Assembly (NCBI GenBank): GCA_963668175.1
Contig: OY764159.1
Coordinates: forward strand, 608,001 to 672,000
Origin: Syntrophales bacterium
Lineage (GTDB): Bacteria; Desulfobacterota; Syntrophia; Syntrophales; PHBD01
Reading direction: 5' to 3'
DNA length: 64,000 bases
The position numbers and the translations under genes are program-made. Position 1 is the stretch's first letter, and each line of letters starts with the position of its first letter. A model generated the notes under the pieces. The model saw nothing but the letters and a program-made list of their open reading frames with translations. It did no database searches and was not told where the DNA came from. Below, piece by piece: positions 18,225 to 29,488 of the stretch.

Positions 18225-19865
18225 ATGAAGACGAAGAACGTTCTGATTTACGATACGACGTTAAGAGACGGCACGCAGGGGGAGCAGATCAATTTTTCCG
18301 CAGAAGAGAAATTAAGGGTTGCTCAGCGACTGGACGAAATGCATTTTCATTACGTCGAAGGGGGATGGCCTGGGTCCAATCCGAAGGATATGCGATTCTT
18401 CGAACTGGCCAAGATGAAGCCCCTCAAACATGCCCGTCTAACGGCTTTCGGAAGCACCCGCAAGGCCGGGGCCGGTCCCGAAAAGTGCCCGAACCTACAG
18501 GCTATTCTCGATGCCGGGACGCCGGCTGTCGCGATTTTCGGCAAATCGTGGGATTTTCATGCCACCGAAATTCTCGGCGTTTCCCTCGATGAGAATTTGG
18601 CCATGATCCGCGAATCCGTCGAGTATCTGGAAGCCATGGGCAAGGAAGTCATCTATGATGCCGAGCATTTCTTTGACGGCTACAAGCGCAATCGATCGTA
18701 TGCGATGAAAACGCTCATGGAGGCTTATAACGCCGGTGCCGCAATGATTGTGCTCTGCGATACCAACGGCGGGACGCTACCCCATGATCTGTCGACGATC
18801 ATCCGGGATGTGGCATCGGCCATTCCCCCGGCCAATCTGGGTATACATGCCCATAACGACAGCGGTCTGGCCGTAGCCAACTCCATCGCCGCCGTCCATG
18901 AGGGCGTCAGAATGGTTCAGGGCACCGTGAACGGGTACGGCGAGAGGTGCGGGAATGCAGATCTTTTACCGATCATTGGTAATCTGCAGCTTAAAATGAA
19001 CAGGCACTGCCTGCCGCCGTCCTCGCTCCAGCATCTGACGTCCCTGTCGAATTACGTAAGCGAAGTTGCCAATGTACCGCCGCTCAGTTCCCGGCCTTTC
19101 GTGGGACGAAGCGCCTTTGCCCATAAGGGGGGCGTTCATGTGAGCGCCGTCCTGAAAAACGCGCTGGCTTACGAGCATATTGATCCTGTGCTGGTAGGCA
19201 ACCAGCAACGCGTCCTCGTTTCCGATCTGGCCGGCAAGAGCAACATTGAATACAAAGCGAAGGAACTGGGGATCGACTTATCCCAGGACGACGATGTCAG
19301 CCGAAAGATCGTCCAGGAAATCAAACATATGGAGAATCAGGGGTACCAATTCGACGCAGCCGAAGGGACCCTGTCGCTCTTAATCAGGAAAATTACGGGA
19401 GAGTTCAAAGAGCCGTTTACCCTTGAGTGTTTTCACGTCATCGCTGCCAAAGTCGGCCAGGAGGCGTCGACCGCTCAGGCAACGATCAAGATTTCGGTCG
19501 GAGACGATGAAGAGTTGACCGCTGCGGAAGGCAACGGGCCGATCAATGCCCTTGATAACGCCTTGAGGAAGGCTTTGACCAAATTTTATCCACAGATCCA
19601 GGAAATGCATCTCGTCGATTTCAAGGTCAGGATCGTGGAAGGAAGCGAAGGCACCGCCGCCAAGGTGAAAGTGACCCTCGAATCCAAAGATGAGCAGGAT
19701 ATCTGGAGCACGATCGGGGTTTCCGAAAATGTCATCGAGGCAAGCTGGTGCGCCCTGGTAGACAGTTTTCAGTATAAATTGAGCAAAGACAGAGTGAACA
19801 AGAATATGGGAGGCAAGAAAAAACGAAGGCCGCATCATGAAGCCGCGCAAACGGCTCTGTTTTAA
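18225..19865 (+). CDS. cimA: citramalate synthase
   Basis: YDTTLRDGTQGE, EGGWPGSNPKD, FGKSWD.H, YDAEHFFDG, AFAHKGG.H, VSDLAGKSN, W.TIGVSENVIEASW distinguish CimA from LeuA. Confidence 0.9.
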   Translation: MKTKNVLIYDTTLRDGTQGEQINFSAEEKLRVAQRLDEMHFHYVEGGWPGSNPKDMRFFELAKMKPLKHARLTAFGSTRKAGAGPEKCPNLQAILDAGTPAVAIFGKSWDFHATEILGVSLDENLAMIRESVEYLEAMGKEVIYDAEHFFDGYKRNRSYAMKTLMEAYNAGAAMIVLCDTNGGTLPHDLSTIIRDVASAIPPANLGIHAHNDSGLAVANSIAAVHEGVRMVQGTVNGYGERCGNADLLPIIGNLQLKMNRHCLPPSSLQHLTSLSNYVSEVANVPPLSSRPFVGRSAFAHKGGVHVSAVLKNALAYEHIDPVLVGNQQRVLVSDLAGKSNIEYKAKELGIDLSQDDDVSRKIVQEIKHMENQGYQFDAAEGTLSLLIRKITGEFKEPFTLECFHVIAAKVGQEASTAQATIKISVGDDEELTAAEGNGPINALDNALRKALTKFYPQIQEMHLVDFKVRIVEGSEGTAAKVKVTLESKDEQDIWSTIGVSENVIEASWCALVDSFQYKLSKDRVNKNMGGKKKRRPHHEAAQTALF

Positions 19866-20116
19866 TCATACCGACCAGGAAATAACCTTGAAGGGGGCAG
19901 GTCTTACAGACTTTCTTCTTTCCGGAACACGGCGGCGTGATAATATCCGTTTGAAGGCGGGGCATATCAATACTCCTGGCCCTTTCGTCATGACGTCACC
20001 ACATAAAAAATTCATATTTACCTGATAACAGCATTGCTTATCGTGACTTCATCTGATACACTATTGGACTACGGCCGATCCGATGGGGGTCGGCACACCC
20101 AAGATCAAAGATAATT

Positions 20117-20725
20117 ATGCTGTTTTCAATCAATCATCAGAATCCGCAAATGCGCCTCATCAAGAAGGCGGTCGATATTTTGAAAGCAGGCGGTATCGTC
20201 ATATATCCGACTGATACTGTTTACGGCATGGGTTGCGACCTTTTCAACAAAAGAGGCATAGAGAAGATTTACCAGATCACGAGGAGAAATAAACAGCGAC
20301 CCTTAAGCTTCGTCTGTTCGGATCTCAAAGATATCAGCCGTTATGCCCGGGTATCCGATTACGCCTATAAGACGATGAAACGGTATCTCCCCGGTCCCTA
20401 TACGTTCATTCTTGAGGCATCAAGACTCGTTCCCAAAATCATTCTTCCCAAGCGTCAGACGACGGGGATCCGCGTACCCGACAATCGCATCTGCCTCTCC
20501 CTCGTGGCCGAGCTGGGACAGCCCATCATCAGTACAAGCGTAAAAAATATCCACAACGAACTTATGAGCGATCCGCAGGAGATTGAAAAAAAATTCTCCC
20601 ACTGCGTCGATCTGGTGATCGACGGCGGAATCCTCGTGCCGGAAGAATCCAGCGTCATCAGCCTGGTCGACGACGAGGCGGAAGTTCTGAGAACAGGAAA
20701 AGGCGATATATCCGCCTTCCAATAA
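20117..20725 (+). CDS. Sua5/YciO/YrdC family protein (YciO-like)
   Basis: NPQ.RLI, IYPTDTVYG.GC, LPGPYTFILEA, GIRVPD. Confidence 0.85.
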   Translation: MLFSINHQNPQMRLIKKAVDILKAGGIVIYPTDTVYGMGCDLFNKRGIEKIYQITRRNKQRPLSFVCSDLKDISRYARVSDYAYKTMKRYLPGPYTFILEASRLVPKIILPKRQTTGIRVPDNRICLSLVAELGQPIISTSVKNIHNELMSDPQEIEKKFSHCVDLVIDGGILVPEESSVISLVDDEAEVLRTGKGDISAFQ

Positions 20726-20776
20726 AATGCGGCCGGTTGACCCAAGGCATCGTCAATCTGCCAAAGGATGGCTATA

Positions 20777-22651
20777 ATGAAGCAAATGTTAATCAATGCC
20801 GTTCATGCCGAACAAAAACGCATGGCGATCGTAGAAGACGGCAAACTCGTCGAGTTTAACATTCAGATGTCCGTGAAGGAGGCGATAACGGGCAATGTCT
20901 ACAAAGGCGTCGTGCAAAAAGTGGAGCGCGGCCTGCAGGCCGCCTTCGTCAATTACGGAGGCAAAAGAGACGGTTTCCTGCCCCTGCGGGACGTCAGCAG
21001 CGAATATTTCACCGATCAGAAGGAAAACGGACGCCCGTCGCTGAAGGTCGGACAGGAGATCCTGGTCCAGATCGTCCGCGAGGTCGGGGAACGCAAAGGG
21101 GCGCTTCTCACCACGTACATATCCTTACCGGGCAGGTATCTTGTCTTGCTTCCCAACAAGCAGAGCAGCGGGATCTCGAGAAAGATCGAAGACGAAGAGG
21201 ACAGAAAAAGACTCAAGAAACTCGTGGAACAGATCAGGGTCGATGAAGGCATCGGTTTTATTGTGCGGACGGCCGGAATGAGCCGTACCAAGCAGGAACT
21301 TTCCCGCGATTATCAAAACCTTTCCCGTCTGTGGCGCGAGATACAAAAGAGGGGCAAAAGCGTTCCCGCACCGGCCGCAATCTATCAGGAGAGCGATTTC
21401 GGCATTTGTTCTCTTCGGGATTACTATACATCGGAAATCAACGATATCCTTGTCGATGATTTGGAAACCTTTAAGAAAATGAGGGAATACTGCAAGGTCG
21501 TCGTTCCCAAGACCGCCAAGATTCTAAGGCTCTACAAGGAAAAAACCCCCATTTTCGATCAGAATCAACTGGAAGACCAGATCCGGATAATCTACCAGGA
21601 ACAGGTAGAGTTGCGCTCCGGCGGGTACATCGTCATCAATCCTACGGAGGCCATGATAACGATCGACGTCAATTCCGGCCGCGCGTCCAATAAGCGGAAT
21701 GTGGAAGAAACGGCCTTCAAGACGAATCTGGAGGCCGCCGAGGAAATAGCACGACAGCTCAGGCTCCGGGACCTGGGAGGGCTCATCGTTATCGACTTCA
21801 TCGACATGATGGACCGTAAGCATGATACCGAGGTCGAGAAGGCTTTCAAGAAAGCCCTGAGTGTGGACAGGGCGAGGATCCAGTTATCCCGTATCTCCAA
21901 GTTCGGCATCCTCGAATTGTCGAGGCAGAAGAAGCAACCGACCATCCAGGAAATCAGTTATACGACCTGCCCTTTCTGCAACGGAAGCGGCGTCAGACCC
22001 TCTTTGGAATACACCGCATTGAGCGCCTTCAGAAAGATCGAGTCGCAGGTCGTCAAGGGATTGTATTCGTCCTTCAACGTCAGTCTCCCTTATGAAGTGG
22101 CCGATTATCTCCTGAATCAGAAGCGTGCCGAGCTCATCAAACTGGAAACGACCTATGACATGACGATCCATCTTACCGGCAGCCCCGATATCCCCTGGGA
22201 TATGCTGAAGATGGAATCGATCGGACGTGCCGCCGTCTCGGATCTGCCAGAACCCGCACACAGGGAATCCAGACAAGCGAACGCAAGTCGGGGGGCGTTA
22301 AAATCCCAGGATGTTTCCGCCGGCAATATCGAAGAAACCCCTGTAACGGAGCCGGGGAAAAAGAAACACCGCCGGCGTTCCCGAGGGCGGAGAAAGAAGG
22401 CGTCGGAGAAGACGGCGGATTCTAGACAGGCCGCAACTGGTGATCAATCCTGGGAAGAGTACGATGAGAGCATCAATTACCGGTCGTTCCATCAGCGCAC
22501 CGGATTGTCCGACAGTCCTTACGCCAGTGTCGCCACGGATGCCTATGCGGGAGCGGATGAGGGTGATGACTCGCCCCTCCGCAGCGAGGCCGACGATCCG
22601 GCCAAAGGAGCCACCAGGCAGGTCGAGGTCCTCAACATTTTTGATAAATAA
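20777..22651 (+). CDS. rne: ribonuclease E/G family endoribonuclease
   Basis: GNVYKG, AAFVNYG, IDVNSG, RLRDLGGLIVIDFIDM, CPFC Zn-link, basic disordered tail; alternative start 20768. Confidence 0.88.
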   Translation: MKQMLINAVHAEQKRMAIVEDGKLVEFNIQMSVKEAITGNVYKGVVQKVERGLQAAFVNYGGKRDGFLPLRDVSSEYFTDQKENGRPSLKVGQEILVQIVREVGERKGALLTTYISLPGRYLVLLPNKQSSGISRKIEDEEDRKRLKKLVEQIRVDEGIGFIVRTAGMSRTKQELSRDYQNLSRLWREIQKRGKSVPAPAAIYQESDFGICSLRDYYTSEINDILVDDLETFKKMREYCKVVVPKTAKILRLYKEKTPIFDQNQLEDQIRIIYQEQVELRSGGYIVINPTEAMITIDVNSGRASNKRNVEETAFKTNLEAAEEIARQLRLRDLGGLIVIDFIDMMDRKHDTEVEKAFKKALSVDRARIQLSRISKFGILELSRQKKQPTIQEISYTTCPFCNGSGVRPSLEYTALSAFRKIESQVVKGLYSSFNVSLPYEVADYLLNQKRAELIKLETTYDMTIHLTGSPDIPWDMLKMESIGRAAVSDLPEPAHRESRQANASRGALKSQDVSAGNIEETPVTEPGKKKHRRRSRGRRKKASEKTADSRQAATGDQSWEEYDESINYRSFHQRTGLSDSPYASVATDAYAGADEGDDSPLRSEADDPAKGATRQVEVLNIFDK

Positions 22652-22657
22652 CGTGGT

Positions 22658-22696
22658 GGACCGGGAGCGCCGGCCTGGCGTCCCCGGTCCCTTTTT
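22658..22696 (+). terminator. intrinsic terminator after rne
   Basis: GGACCGGG..CGCC..GGCG..CCCGGTCC followed by CTTTTT. Confidence 0.75.
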
Positions 22697-22698
22697 GC

Positions 22699-23514
22699 TC
22701 ACTTGCCGCCCAACTCCCTTGATCTTAACGTCGCGGCTTCCACGGCCGCCATCAACGTCGCCCGGATCTTACCCTCCTCCAGGGCCTTGATCCCGGCAAT
22801 GGTCGTCCCTGCCGGCGACGTCACCATGTCCTTCAGTTCACCGGGATGCTTACGGCTTTCCAGAAAAAGCTTGGCGGAACCGAAGATCGTCCGTGCGGAA
22901 AGTTCAAGGGCGATATCCCTGCCGAGACCCATACGCACGCCTCCGTCCGACAGGGCCTCGATCATGATGAAAACATAGGCAGGACCGCTGCCGCTCAATC
23001 CCGTAACCGTATCCAGGAGATCTTCCGGAACGACGACGGAGGAACCGACGGCGTCGAAAATACTGCGGGCCGCCGCCAGGTCCTTGTCCGTGGCGTTTGT
23101 GCCTTTTGCCAATGCGGAGATGCCGGCGCTGACGAGGGCCGGAGTATTCGGCATGGTTCTTATGACGCGGACGTTTTTCTGCAGGCGTTCTTCGAGGAAC
23201 CTGATGGGAATGCCCGCGGCAATGGATATGACGATCTTGGTCTTGTCCAGCTCCGGAGAAATCTGGCGGAGCACGGCATCCATGCTTTGCGGTTTGACAG
23301 CCAGAATGACGATATGACACTCCCGGCACAGCTTCAGGTTGTCGGATAGCGTCCGGACGCCGTAAAGATCCCGGAGTTCGTCGAGCCGGGCCGGAGCGAT
23401 ATCTGAAACCGTAATATCCGATGCAGGGACGACCCGATTGGCGATCAGGCCTCCGATAAGCGCCCCGCCCATTTTGCCGCCGCCTATCATACCGATCTTC
23501 TTGCCTTTTATCAT
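22699..23514 (-). CDS. proC: pyrroline-5-carboxylate reductase
   Basis: IGMIGGGKMG, LAVKPQ, RTMPNTP, SGSGPAY, VTSPAGTT; ATG 23514 follows AGGAGG. Confidence 0.95.
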   Translation of the reverse strand: MIKGKKIGMIGGGKMGGALIGGLIANRVVPASDITVSDIAPARLDELRDLYGVRTLSDNLKLCRECHIVILAVKPQSMDAVLRQISPELDKTKIVISIAAGIPIRFLEERLQKNVRVIRTMPNTPALVSAGISALAKGTNATDKDLAAARSIFDAVGSSVVVPEDLLDTVTGLSGSGPAYVFIMIEALSDGGVRMGLGRDIALELSARTIFGSAKLFLESRKHPGELKDMVTSPAGTTIAGIKALEEGKIRATLMAAVEAATLRSRELGGK

Positions 23515-23861
23515 GTCATGCCTCCTTTTGGTCATTGCCGATCGTCCTGAAAGTTCATGAACGAAAAAGCCCGCCGTTGTTTTCTGCCGGTGGATAGCGA
23601 TGTATGTCATTGAATTTGCTCTTGTGTCAACTGCTTTTTTCTCATTTTCCAGCGTGCGGTTTGCTGTTGAGCGGCCGGATACACGGAAATCACGAACCCG
23701 CATTCATACTATCGTGCGAACCGGACGGCCGCATGGCATCACGCCGTCCGGAAATGAAAGAGACCAGGCGAAACCGACGCGTACGTTTCGATTGTGCTTG
23801 ACAATAGAAGACCGTCACTTTAGATACAAGACATGAGTAATGATTCCAACCTGGGGGATCG

Positions 23862-25352
23862 ATGAAACTCATTTATGAAAAGAGTCGCCCCGGCAGAACC
23901 GCCTCCGTTGTCCCGAAAAGCGACGTGCCGGATATCGATATCGGCAGTATCATCCGGCCGGAATACCTGCGGGCGGACATACCCCTGCCTGAAGTTTCCG
24001 AAATCGACCTGGTCCGTCACTACACCGGTCTCTCAAGAAGGAATTTCGGCGTCGATAACGGCTTCTATCCGCTCGGTTCCTGCACCATGAAGTACAATCC
24101 CAAAATCAACGAAGACGTAGCCGGCCTGGAGGGGTTCACCTCGCTTCATCCTTATGCGCCTGCCGAATTTATCCAGGGCAACCTGAAACTCATTTACGAA
24201 CTGCGCCGCTACTTGAGCGAGATATTCGGCATGGCGGATTTCACGCTGCAGCCGGCAGCCGGCGCCCAGGGAGAGCTCACCGGCATCATGGTCATCAAGA
24301 AATACTTCGCGAAGCATGGTGAAGAGCGCCATCGTCTCCTGATTCCGGATACGGCCCACGGCACCAACCCTGCGTCCGGGGCATTGTGCGGTTACAGGAC
24401 GGTTACGGTGAAATCGGGCCCGGAAGGAGGCGTCGACATTGCCCATTTGCGGGAACTGATGACGGAAGACGTAGCCGGGCTCATGTTGACCAACCCGAAC
24501 ACCCTGGGGCTTTTCGAGCGCAATATCGAGCAGGTTGCCGCTATCATCCACGGAAAAGGCGGTTTGCTCTATTGCGACGGAGCAAATGCCAATGCGTTCA
24601 TGGGAAAGACCAGACCGGGTGGCCTCGGGTTCGACGTTATCCAATTGAATCTTCATAAGACCTTTTCCACGCCTCACGGCGGCGGCGGTCCGGGAAGCGG
24701 TCCCCTCGGCGTCAAAGAAAAACTCGTACCTTTCCTGCCCATACCCCGGGTGGTTCAAAACGACCGTGTTTACGCCTGGGACGATGCCTATCCCGACAGC
24801 ATCGGACGGGTCAAAGCCTTTTACGGCAATTTTAACGTCATGGTGAAGGCGTATACCTATATCCGTTCGCTGGGTCCGGACGGCTTGCGGCACGTGAGCG
24901 AAACAGCCGTGTTGAATGCCAATTATGTCGAGGCAAGACTGAAACCCTGGTTCGATCTTCCCTATGATCGTCCCTGCATGCACGAATGCGTCTTTTCCGG
25001 TTCACGCCAGGTCAGGGAATCGGGCGTCAATACGCTGGATATGGCCAAACGCCTTCTCGATTACGGTTTTCATCCTCCCACCATCTATTTCCCGCTGATT
25101 GTGCCCGAGGCACTCATGATCGAGCCCGGCGAAACGGAAAGCAAAGAAACCCTCGACGACTTCTGCAATGCCATGATTGCCATCGCCGGGGAGGCAAAGG
25201 ATAACCCCGAGCTTGTCAAATCTGCGCCGCTGACGACGCCGGTGCAAAGACTTGACGAGGTCAAAGCCGCGCGGGAACCGGATGTTTGCTGGCGCAGTCC
25301 GAGATCCGGAGATTCACGCCCAACAGAGGTCATCCATGAAAAAACTGATTGA
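23862..25352 (+). CDS. gcvPB: glycine dehydrogenase (decarboxylating) subunit 2
   Basis: [43 protein letters not shown] (PLP lysine). Confidence 0.95.
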   Translation: MKLIYEKSRPGRTASVVPKSDVPDIDIGSIIRPEYLRADIPLPEVSEIDLVRHYTGLSRRNFGVDNGFYPLGSCTMKYNPKINEDVAGLEGFTSLHPYAPAEFIQGNLKLIYELRRYLSEIFGMADFTLQPAAGAQGELTGIMVIKKYFAKHGEERHRLLIPDTAHGTNPASGALCGYRTVTVKSGPEGGVDIAHLRELMTEDVAGLMLTNPNTLGLFERNIEQVAAIIHGKGGLLYCDGANANAFMGKTRPGGLGFDVIQLNLHKTFSTPHGGGGPGSGPLGVKEKLVPFLPIPRVVQNDRVYAWDDAYPDSIGRVKAFYGNFNVMVKAYTYIRSLGPDGLRHVSETAVLNANYVEARLKPWFDLPYDRPCMHECVFSGSRQVRESGVNTLDMAKRLLDYGFHPPTIYFPLIVPEALMIEPGETESKETLDDFCNAMIAIAGEAKDNPELVKSAPLTTPVQRLDEVKAAREPDVCWRSPRSGDSRPTEVIHEKTD

Positions 25353-27150
25353 TACCCCCAAAGAAATTCTGGTCAAGAAGCTGTGGGACGCCGATCCGCG
25401 AATCTTCAAGATGCTTAGGGATTCCAAGCATGTGGAAGAAGCAAGGCACCTGCTTTTCGACTATTTCAATTACCTGGACCGTTCCCTGTTCAATATGAAG
25501 CCCGACACCTTTTTCGCCAAGATGAACATCGTCGAGAAACGGAACGCCAAGGAATGCATACGGGTCTTCTCCAATACGATAAGAACCGAAAATGAATATC
25601 TGACCAAAGCCTCCCCCCTGCAGCTTCTCTGCGATCTGGCCCAGGAAGTGCCCGGGGCCTTGGAACGCGTCACGGAGGCCTTCCTCTGCGAGTATATAGC
25701 GTTCTTCTACGGCATCACGGGGAAGGCCGGGAAGCACGAAAAAAGCCAGGATCTCTTTCATATGAAGGACGGCAGACAGGCGGCGATCATCCGTTCCAAA
25801 CAGCTCGACGAATATGCGGCCCTGATCCGAAAATATATCCGCCGTTATAAAACAGGTCTGCAGCGCGGCATCGTCAAGGAAAGGGAAGCCTTAAAAACGA
25901 AGATTCTTGAGCACTTCGGCGGAAACGAAGCGGACTGGCAGGACTATATGTGGCATTATAAGCACATCATCAAGGATCTGAACACCCTGTCGTCCCTTGT
26001 CCATTTGGAGAAAGACGAGCGGGAAGGCCTTCAATGCGCCAAACAGCAAGGCATCCCTTTTGAAATCACGCCGTATTACCTGTCCCTGTTCCACGCCGAA
26101 GGCCGGACGGACTATGACCGCCAGATACGCGCCCAGGTCATTCCCAGTGTCCGGTATTGCACAAGTGTGGCGGAAAGCAGAACAAAAGGGATCGACATGG
26201 ATTTCATGGGCGAGAAATCGACGAGCCCCATCGACGGCATCACCCGCCGGTACCCGGAGATTGTGATCCTCAAGCCCTACCATTCGTGTCCGCAAATCTG
26301 CGTCTATTGCCAGCGCAACTGGGAAATCAAATGCATGGACGACGAAGTGCAGATGAGCCGGGCGAAGGTGAAGGCCGCCATCGCCTGGATCAAGGATCAT
26401 GACAGTATCACGGAGGTCCTGATTACCGGGGGAGACCCCCTGACCTTAAAGAACGACTACCTGGAATGGCTGATCGGGGAAGTGGCCGCCATTGATCATA
26501 TCCAGAGAATCAGGATAGGAACGCGGGTCCCGGTAACGGTGCCCTGCCGTATCAATGAAGGTTTTCTCGACATCTTGAAGAAGTACCATCAGTGGGGAAA
26601 GCGGGAAATCGCCATCGTCACCCACTTCGAACATGCCATGGAAGTCACTCCCGAGGCCGTGAAGGCAATCGAAAGCCTGAAAAAGATCGGGATCAATATT
26701 TACAATCAGCAGGTTTTCACCTATTACAACAGCCGTCGTTTTGAAACGTCTCTTCTCAGGAAGGTGCTCAAGGTCTCGGGAGTCGATCCCTACTATTCCT
26801 TCAGCAGCAAGGGAAAAGAGGAAACGATCGATTTCCGTGTCCCTATCGCCAGGATCGAACAGGAAAGGGTGGAGGAAGCCCGGCTGCAGCCTGGGTTGGA
26901 GCGGACGGACGAACCGGTCTTCAACCTGCCCCGCCTCGGCAAATCCTATCTTCGGGCCTGGCAGGATCACGAAGTCATCATGGTCCTGCCCGACGGCCGC
27001 CGGGTCTACCGTTTCTATTCCTGGGAGGTCAGGCTCGTCACGGCGCTGGAATATCTGCATGCCGATGTTTCGATCTACGACTACCTGAAGCGGCTGGAGG
27101 CCGACGGCGAGAATCTGTCCGATTACACCACCATTTGGTATTATTTCTAA
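25336..27150 (+). CDS. KamA-family radical SAM protein (aminomutase-like, long form, 604 aa)
   Basis: [43 protein letters not shown] 25336 follows GAGGT and overlaps the gcvPB 3' end. Confidence 0.88.
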   Translation: MKKLIDTPKEILVKKLWDADPRIFKMLRDSKHVEEARHLLFDYFNYLDRSLFNMKPDTFFAKMNIVEKRNAKECIRVFSNTIRTENEYLTKASPLQLLCDLAQEVPGALERVTEAFLCEYIAFFYGITGKAGKHEKSQDLFHMKDGRQAAIIRSKQLDEYAALIRKYIRRYKTGLQRGIVKEREALKTKILEHFGGNEADWQDYMWHYKHIIKDLNTLSSLVHLEKDEREGLQCAKQQGIPFEITPYYLSLFHAEGRTDYDRQIRAQVIPSVRYCTSVAESRTKGIDMDFMGEKSTSPIDGITRRYPEIVILKPYHSCPQICVYCQRNWEIKCMDDEVQMSRAKVKAAIAWIKDHDSITEVLITGGDPLTLKNDYLEWLIGEVAAIDHIQRIRIGTRVPVTVPCRINEGFLDILKKYHQWGKREIAIVTHFEHAMEVTPEAVKAIESLKKIGINIYNQQVFTYYNSRRFETSLLRKVLKVSGVDPYYSFSSKGKEETIDFRVPIARIEQERVEEARLQPGLERTDEPVFNLPRLGKSYLRAWQDHEVIMVLPDGRRVYRFYSWEVRLVTALEYLHADVSIYDYLKRLEADGENLSDYTTIWYYF

Positions 27151-28056
27151 ATGGGTATCGATTCGGAACATGCCTCCATGCACCGGCGCAAACCGGATTG
27201 GCTCAAAGTCCGATTGCCGGGAGGCCCCGGCAGGGCGCGGGTGAAGGCCGTCCTCGATCGGCAGCGGCTGCATTCCATCTGCCAGGAAGCACGCTGTCCC
27301 AATATGGCCGAGTGTTTCCGGGAAGGGACCGCGACATTCCTGATTATGGGAAATGTCTGCAGCCGGCACTGTCTTTACTGCAACGTCATCCACGGGCGGC
27401 CGGCGGCATTGGACGAAAATGAGACGGACCGGCTGGCGGATGCCGTTGCTGCCCTCGATTTGAAGTATGCCGTTATAACATCGGTCACAAGAGACGATCT
27501 GCCGGACGGCGGCGCTGCCGTCTTCGTTAGGGCCATCGCGGCTTTGCGGGAACGGGTTCCGGGCTGCCGCGTGGAGGTACTCGTCCCCGACTTTCAGGGG
27601 AACGACGAGGCCCTCAAGCAGGTCCTGGATGCAGGGCCCGCTGTCCTCAACCACAACATGGAGGTTGTACCCGGCCTCTTTTCCCGCCTCCGTCCCCAGG
27701 GCCGTTACGACGTTTCCCTGGGCGTCATCCGGCATGCCGCGCAGGACGGCGGTGTCGCCGTCAAATCGGGTTTCATGGTCGGCTTGGGGGAATCCCTCCG
27801 GGATATCAGGGGTCTATTGAAAGATCTGCGCGGGGCGGGCTGCGGACATGTAACCGTCGGGCAATATCTGCAGCCGACGCGGGATCACTATCCGGTCCAG
27901 AAGTATTATCACCCTGACGAGTTCGAAGCGATCAGGAAATTAGCAGAAGGAATGGGCTTCGGCCGCGTTGAGGCGGGGCCGTTGGTGCGCAGTTCCTATC
28001 ACGCCGCCCGGGCCTATCCGGATGGTAGATCGCAACACGTCATGGAACATGACTAA
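27151..28056 (+). CDS. lipA: lipoyl synthase
   Basis: RKPDWLK, CQEARCPNMAEC, CSRHCLYC, GPLVRSSY. Confidence 0.95.
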   Translation: MGIDSEHASMHRRKPDWLKVRLPGGPGRARVKAVLDRQRLHSICQEARCPNMAECFREGTATFLIMGNVCSRHCLYCNVIHGRPAALDENETDRLADAVAALDLKYAVITSVTRDDLPDGGAAVFVRAIAALRERVPGCRVEVLVPDFQGNDEALKQVLDAGPAVLNHNMEVVPGLFSRLRPQGRYDVSLGVIRHAAQDGGVAVKSGFMVGLGESLRDIRGLLKDLRGAGCGHVTVGQYLQPTRDHYPVQKYYHPDEFEAIRKLAEGMGFGRVEAGPLVRSSYHAARAYPDGRSQHVMEHD

Positions 28057-28078
28057 AGCAATTTAAGGAGGAGGGAAG

Positions 28079-29434
28079 GTGCCGGAGAAATACGATGTCG
28101 TGATCATCGGGGGAGGGCCCGGCGGCCATGCCGCCGCCGTTCATTCGGCGCGTGACGGCGCCAGGGCCGCCATTATTGAAAACAGGGGCTGGGGCGGTAC
28201 ATGCACCCACCGCGGCTGCATTCCAACGAAGGCCCTTTTGACGTGCAGCCATCAATATACCGGTCTGTCCCGTTTGAAAAGATTCGGTGTCGCCGCAACG
28301 GGGACATCGTTCGATTTTTCCGCCATGAAGAGACATCAGGCCCAACTTGTCAGGATGGCGGCCGTGGGAGTCGAAAAGCAGCTTAAGGATACCGGCGTCG
28401 TACACATGATCGGACGGGCCGCCATGCTATCGCCTGATGAAGTTCTGTATCAGTCGGCCGACGGCAAGGAAGACCGGTTGCAGACGGATAGAATCGTTGT
28501 CGCCTGGGGTGCCGAGCCCCAGCTGCCGCCCGGCATCATCCTCTCCGACCGGGTGCTTACGTCCGACGGCATGCTGGCCCTGGATCGTCTGCCCGGCAAG
28601 GTGCTCATCATCGGCGGCAGCGTGATCGGGGTGGAGTTCGCCACTTTCCTTGCCGAACTGGGAGTGCAGGTGACACTCGTCGAACTGCTCGACCGTCTCC
28701 TGCCGGGGGAAGACGAGGATTTGAGCGAATTTGTGGCACAGATCATGGGACGCCTGGGAGTGGCCGTTCATACCGCCACTCGGATGAAGAAGATAACGGA
28801 GACGGCCGACGGCGTGCAGACGGAAGCGGAAGGGGCAAACGGAACGGCGTTCATCCTGCCGGCGGAGTGCATTCTCGTCTGTACGGGCAGAAAGCCCTGC
28901 CTCCATGAAGAGGAGCTCGCCGCCCTGGGCATCCAATACGACAGGAAGGGCATCGCCGTGGACGCTCAACAGCGGACGACCTGCGGGAACATCTTTGCGA
29001 TCGGCGACGTCACCGGCGGGATGATGCTTGCCCACCGCGCGGCGCAACAGGGCAAAGCCCTGGCAAGCCATCTCTTCGGAAGCGGTGCGGTTGCCTGCAG
29101 CGATGACGCGGTGCCCGCCGTTATCTACACGCATCCCAACGTCGCCCGGGTGGGTCTGACGGAGGCCGAGGCGGAACGGCAGGGATTGCGCATCGACGTA
29201 GTCCGTTCCGATTACGGGGCCAACATCATGGCCAGGGCGGAACTGCAAGGCCAGGGATTTGCCAAGCTCATATTCCACAAGAGGCGGCTGCTCGGCGCAT
29301 CGATTGCAGGCGAGCAGGCGGGAAATCTTATCGCCGCGCTGAGCCTGGCCGTCACCGCCGGTGTGAGTATCGATACGTGGAAATCGTGGATACTGCCCCA
29401 TCCGACGATTGCCGAAGTGATGGCGTATGATTAA
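28079..29434 (+). CDS. lpdA: dihydrolipoyl dehydrogenase
   Basis: GGGPGG, GGTCTHRGCIP redox disulfide, FAIGDV, MLAH.A, HPTIAE; GTG start follows GGAGG. Confidence 0.88.
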   Translation: MPEKYDVVIIGGGPGGHAAAVHSARDGARAAIIENRGWGGTCTHRGCIPTKALLTCSHQYTGLSRLKRFGVAATGTSFDFSAMKRHQAQLVRMAAVGVEKQLKDTGVVHMIGRAAMLSPDEVLYQSADGKEDRLQTDRIVVAWGAEPQLPPGIILSDRVLTSDGMLALDRLPGKVLIIGGSVIGVEFATFLAELGVQVTLVELLDRLLPGEDEDLSEFVAQIMGRLGVAVHTATRMKKITETADGVQTEAEGANGTAFILPAECILVCTGRKPCLHEEELAALGIQYDRKGIAVDAQQRTTCGNIFAIGDVTGGMMLAHRAAQQGKALASHLFGSGAVACSDDAVPAVIYTHPNVARVGLTEAEAERQGLRIDVVRSDYGANIMARAELQGQGFAKLIFHKRRLLGASIAGEQAGNLIAALSLAVTAGVSIDTWKSWILPHPTIAEVMAYD

Positions 29435-29488
29435 ACGGCAACCGGCGGACCCGTTTTTGAGGAAGACGCGGTCTGCGCCATGGGGCGG

